A DNA stretch of 28,230 nucleotides from positions 1 through 28,230 of the forward strand of contig JAQUUF010000001.1 of the NCBI GenBank assembly GCA_028693975.1, written 5' to 3'. Positions 24,624-28,230 of the stretch are shown here, one piece after another (the stretch's first letter is position 1; each line of letters opens with the position of its first letter). Below the pieces are notes generated by a model that was not told where the DNA came from, made no database searches, and worked only from the letters and a program-made list of their open reading frames with translations. The translations under genes were made by a program, and so were the position numbers. This stretch comes from Acidaminococcaceae bacterium. Its GTDB lineage: Bacteria; Bacillota; Negativicutes; Acidaminococcales; Acidaminococcaceae.

Positions 24624-25385
24624 ATGAAAACAAAAATTCCTAGTCTGCTCTTTTTAACTATGATTTTTTTGTGCACTGTAGTAACTTATGCTACACCGAT
24701 TGTTCCACTGGACCTCTATCCCAGCCAACAAGATATTCTGACTAGCAGTTGGTTTTTGTTGCCGCAAGTGAAGGCCATATTGCTCGTGGTAATTTTTATC
24801 GGTATTTTTACAGAAATAAAAACGGCGGGCACTGGTATAGCTGGTGGTATAGCCATCGTAGCGGCGGTTATGCTCTTTGGCATTAACTTCTTGGGAGGAC
24901 AGGGTAGCTGGATGGAAGTAGCCTTGTTTATTTTGGGCCTGGGACTTTTGTTTATTGAAGTTTTTATTCCTGGTTTTGGAGTTTTTGGCGTGGGAGGCAT
25001 TCTGTGCCTTTTGGCCAGTTTCTACTACATCCTTGGTGCTAACGGCGCAGCCTTATCTTATCTGGCAGGGAGTTTGGTAATCGCCATTGGAATTTTTGCG
25101 ATATTGGTTAAGTATCTGCCTCACAACCCAGCTTGGAACAAATTTGTTCTCCAAGATAAACAAGAGAACAAAGATGGCTATAGTTCTAGTGCTGATTGGA
25201 GCAGGTGCTTGGGACAAAAGGGTGTGACACTTACACCATTGCGTCCTAGTGGTGCTATCCAGCTTGCGGGGCAGAGAGTAGATGTAGTTACTGAAGGAGA
25301 GTTTGTGGCAGCTGGACAGACGGTGGTAGTTATTAGAGTTGAAGGAAATAAAATAATAGTTGCGAAGGAGAGTGTGATATGTTAG
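24624..25385 (+). CDS. nfeD: NfeD family membrane protein (YqeZ-like) without an N-terminal protease domain
   Basis: Multi-TM core with [14 protein letters not shown] and C-terminal OB-fold [11 protein letters not shown]...DVVTEG...VIRVEG. Upstream of floA. Confidence 0.85.
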   Translation: MKTKIPSLLFLTMIFLCTVVTYATPIVPLDLYPSQQDILTSSWFLLPQVKAILLVVIFIGIFTEIKTAGTGIAGGIAIVAAVMLFGINFLGGQGSWMEVALFILGLGLLFIEVFIPGFGVFGVGGILCLLASFYYILGANGAALSYLAGSLVIAIGIFAILVKYLPHNPAWNKFVLQDKQENKDGYSSSADWSRCLGQKGVTLTPLRPSGAIQLAGQRVDVVTEGEFVAAGQTVVVIRVEGNKIIVAKESVIC

Positions 25386-26368
25386 AACTTTTAGGAAGTG
25401 GGTTTGTCATTGTTATAGCCGTTGTTCTTATTGCTTTGTTTTTGAATTTGGTACCTTTGGGACTGTGGATTTCGGCTATGGCTGCTGGTGTCAACGTCGG
25501 GATTTTTACCCTTATTGGTATGCGACTCAGAAGGGTTCCTGCGTCCAAAATTGTTATGCCATTGATTAAAGGAAACAAAGCAGGGCTTAATGTGAATGTT
25601 AATCAGTTAGAAGCACATTACTTAGCAGGTGGTGATGTGGACCAAGTGGTAGATGCCTTGATTGCCGCCCATAGAGCCGAGATTCCTTTGACCTTTGAGC
25701 GAGCTTGTGCCATAGATTTGGCAGGGCGTAATGTGCTAGAAGCAGTACAGATGAGTGTTAATCCCAAAGTCATTGAGACGCCTATTGTATCAGCCGTGGC
25801 GAAAAATGGTATCGAGCTAAAGGTCAAAGCCCGTGTTACAGTGCGAGCTAATATTGACCGTTTGGTAGGTGGCGCAGGTGAAGCGACAATTATTGCCCGT
25901 GTAGGTGAAGGCATCGTCACTAGTGTAGGCAGCGCTGGCAATCATAGTGATGTATTGGAGAATCCAGACCATATTTCCAAAACTGTATTAGAAAAAGGAC
26001 TGGATGCAGGTACGGCTTTTGAGATTCTCTCTATTGATATCGCCGATGTGGATGTAGGCCGCAATATTGGTGCCGAGCTGATGACAGACCAAGCCGAAGC
26101 TGATAAACGTATCGCTCAAGCACGAGCTGAAGAGCGTAGAGCTATGGCTGTGGCCAAAGAGCAAGAAATGAAAGCTTATACTCAAGAGATGCAGGCCAAA
26201 GTGGTAGAAGCAGAAGCAACGGTGCCGAATGCGTTGGCTAGTGCTTTGCGAGAAGGACGTCTAGGTGTAATGGACTATTATAAAATGAACAACATCATAG
26301 CCGATACTGATATGCGCAAGAATATCGCTGGCGTAGCACCGGGAGAGGGCGGCATTCCTAACAAGTAA
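25379..26368 (+). CDS. floA: Flotillin-like protein FloA (YqfA/UPF0365)
   Basis: [57 protein letters not shown]...[10 protein letters not shown] motifs. Confidence 0.96.
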   Translation: MLELLGSGFVIVIAVVLIALFLNLVPLGLWISAMAAGVNVGIFTLIGMRLRRVPASKIVMPLIKGNKAGLNVNVNQLEAHYLAGGDVDQVVDALIAAHRAEIPLTFERACAIDLAGRNVLEAVQMSVNPKVIETPIVSAVAKNGIELKVKARVTVRANIDRLVGGAGEATIIARVGEGIVTSVGSAGNHSDVLENPDHISKTVLEKGLDAGTAFEILSIDIADVDVGRNIGAELMTDQAEADKRIAQARAEERRAMAVAKEQEMKAYTQEMQAKVVEAEATVPNALASALREGRLGVMDYYKMNNIIADTDMRKNIAGVAPGEGGIPNK

Positions 26369-26382
26369 GAGAGGTAACGAGT

Positions 26383-26745
26383 ATGGATTTTGTACTGTTA
26401 ATAATTTTTTACATGGTGTTGCGGGTTGTGCTGCCACATCTAGCTAAAATGTTTAAAAATAATCTGCCTGATATTATAGAATATCAGTTGCCATCAGAGC
26501 CTGATCAGTTGCAAAAAGTTGGGGAGTATGGCCCTGAGCTTAAAGTTGCTGTAGCACCAGAGCAGGAGCTAGCAACTCCGGCTTGCTCAGCAGCAGGTGT
26601 CAAGAGTGGACAAGAGGAAGACTTGTCTAAGAAAGAGATGGCGAGCCAAGCTAGTAAGTCCACCAAGCTTAGGCAGCGCGTGCGAGAAGGCTTTATTATG
26701 GCGGAAATTTTAGGTAAACCAAGAGCATTGAATCCCTATAGATAG
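26383..26745 (+). CDS. YqfB-like protein (floA operon third gene)
   Basis: N-terminal hydrophobic segment, low-complexity middle and C-terminal REGFIMAEILGKPRA signature. Position after floA. Confidence 0.65.
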   Translation: MDFVLLIIFYMVLRVVLPHLAKMFKNNLPDIIEYQLPSEPDQLQKVGEYGPELKVAVAPEQELATPACSAAGVKSGQEEDLSKKEMASQASKSTKLRQRVREGFIMAEILGKPRALNPYR

Positions 26746-26770
26746 TAAAATGCCACGGAGGCGGATAATA

Positions 26771-28230
26771 ATGTTAAAGGAAATAGATCTGAAACATAAG
26801 ATTAGTAAACAAGATTACGACACAGCTTTTGACGCAATGTCAGTCAAGCTGGGCGCCTTGGAACGCAAAATAAGAGATGCCGGTATACCTGTGTTGATAG
26901 TAGTGGAAGGCTGGCGTGGCTCTATGCGAGGCCAGATTATCAACAAAGTACTCCAGTCCATGGACCCGCGTGGTTTTTCGGTGTTCTCAGCCTCCAAGGT
27001 TACGGAAGCTCAAAAGAAATTACCGTTTTTCATGTTTTACTGGAGGCATTTACCACCTAAGGGACATATCAATATTCATCATAGGGGCTGGTATTTTCTC
27101 AAGAACGAGCATGAAGTAGGCGACCCTCATGAGAGTGACCAGTGGTACAATGTATCTTATGATAGTATCAATACTTTTGAGAAAGAATTAACTGATGACG
27201 GCTACTTGGTCATTAAGATTTTTACGCATTTGTCCAAAAAGCAGCAAAAAATTCATATGGATAAAATCAACAAGATTTATGATTCGTCATGGGAGGACAT
27301 GACCCCGGGCGGTATTGAAGGGGCTGATTACAAAGCTTATGGGAAGGTTTATGAGGAGATGTTTGTCAAGACGGATACTCTCTGTGCACCGTGGCATATC
27401 GTACCGGTAGAAGATACTAAGACAGGCATCATAGCAACTTTTGAAGTATTGATTGATGCACTAGAGAAGGCTTTGGAGCGTAAACCTAAGAAAAAAGTGA
27501 GCGTACCTATGCCAAAAGCGGATAATAAAGTGCCTCATATATTGGATAAGTATGATTTGAATAAATCTGTGGAAAGCACAGAAGTATATAAGACAACATT
27601 GAAAGAGTATCACAAGAAACTGCAAGCTCTCCAGCTAGAGCTCTATAAAGTAGGCGTGAGTACTATTATGGGTTTTGAAGGTTGGGATGCAGGAGGCAAG
27701 GGTGGTGCTATCAAGCGTTTTACGGCACCGCTAGACCCTCTGGGCTATTCAGTGAATCCAGTCTCTGCTCCCAATGACTGGGAGAAACAGTTTAATTATC
27801 TTTGGCGGTTTTGGCAACACATCCCTATGCCGGGTGAAATAGCTATTTTTGATAGGACTTGGTATGGACGAGTGCTAGTGGAAAGGGTAGAAGGGTTTGC
27901 TTCTCCGCAAGAGTGGAAGAGGGCTTATCAAGAGATTAACGATATGGAAGAGCAGTGGGCCAATCAGAATATTGTAGTGAACAAATTCTGGTTGCAAATA
28001 GATAAAGATGAGCAATATCGTCGTTTCCAAGCTAGAGAAGAAGATAAGGCCAAGCAATGGAAGATTACCGACGAGGATTGGCGCAACAAAGAGAAGAGGC
28101 AGTAGTACGAGGAAGCAGTTAATGAGATGCTCTATCGCACCGATACACTCTATGCTCCTTGGACCGTGATAGAAGCTAATAATAAAGAGTATGCTAGACT
28201 AAAGGTCTTTAAAACCATGCTGGATAGATA
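26771..28230 (+). pseudogene. ppk2: Two-domain polyphosphate kinase 2 (polyP:AMP phosphotransferase type) with in-frame TAG at 28103-28105; runs off the window
   Basis: SD GGAGG precedes ATG 26771. Domain 2 has FEGWDAGGKGG, FDRTWYGRVLVERVEG, WKITDEDW. After the TAG the frame stays open as YEEAVNEMLYRTDTLYAPWTVIEANNKEYARLKV. Status (pseudogene, read-through or sequencing error) is unresolved. Confidence 0.75.

Noticed and set aside
2082-28105. Genome-wide TAG reassignment
   Set aside because: DUF1858, ftsL, DUF1290, nrdR, lrgB, rsmE, nfeD and yqfB end in TAG at expected family lengths, often right before the next RBS or a terminator.
1-28230. CRISPR arrays, IS/transposases, integrases, tRNA/rRNA, riboswitches
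   Set aside because: No repeat-spacer arrays, no transposase-like ORFs, and all intergenic gaps are under 200 bp and explained by promoters or terminators.

Overview
Mostly core-genome window from a low-GC anaerobic Firmicute. Negativicutes-like affiliation is an inference from gene set and the mDAP-type MurE. Gene order: partial ROK kinase, secreted class-3 lipase, DUF1858 (minus strand), a reduced dcw cluster (mraZ-rsmH-ftsL-murE-murF-mraY-murD-murG-murC::ddl-ftsQ-DUF881-DUF1290-ftsZ), nrdR-nrdD-nrdG, lrgA-lrgB, prmA-rsmE-mtaB-hit, rpsU-yqeY, nfeD-floA-yqfB and a two-domain ppk2. No mobile elements, CRISPR, rRNA or tRNA were seen. Main anomalies: (1) an otherwise intact class III ribonucleotide reductase NrdD whose C-terminal glycyl-radical motif has decayed and whose terminal segment is missing, although nrdG and tandem NrdR boxes are intact, suggesting a split enzyme with the radical domain supplied in trans; (2) a dcw cluster lacking ftsI/pbp, ftsW, murB and ftsA, with a strong intrinsic terminator at the position where ftsI normally sits; (3) an in-frame MurC-Ddl fusion that retains an internal RBS and ATG; (4) an in-frame amber stop inside ppk2 with conserved coding sequence continuing past it.
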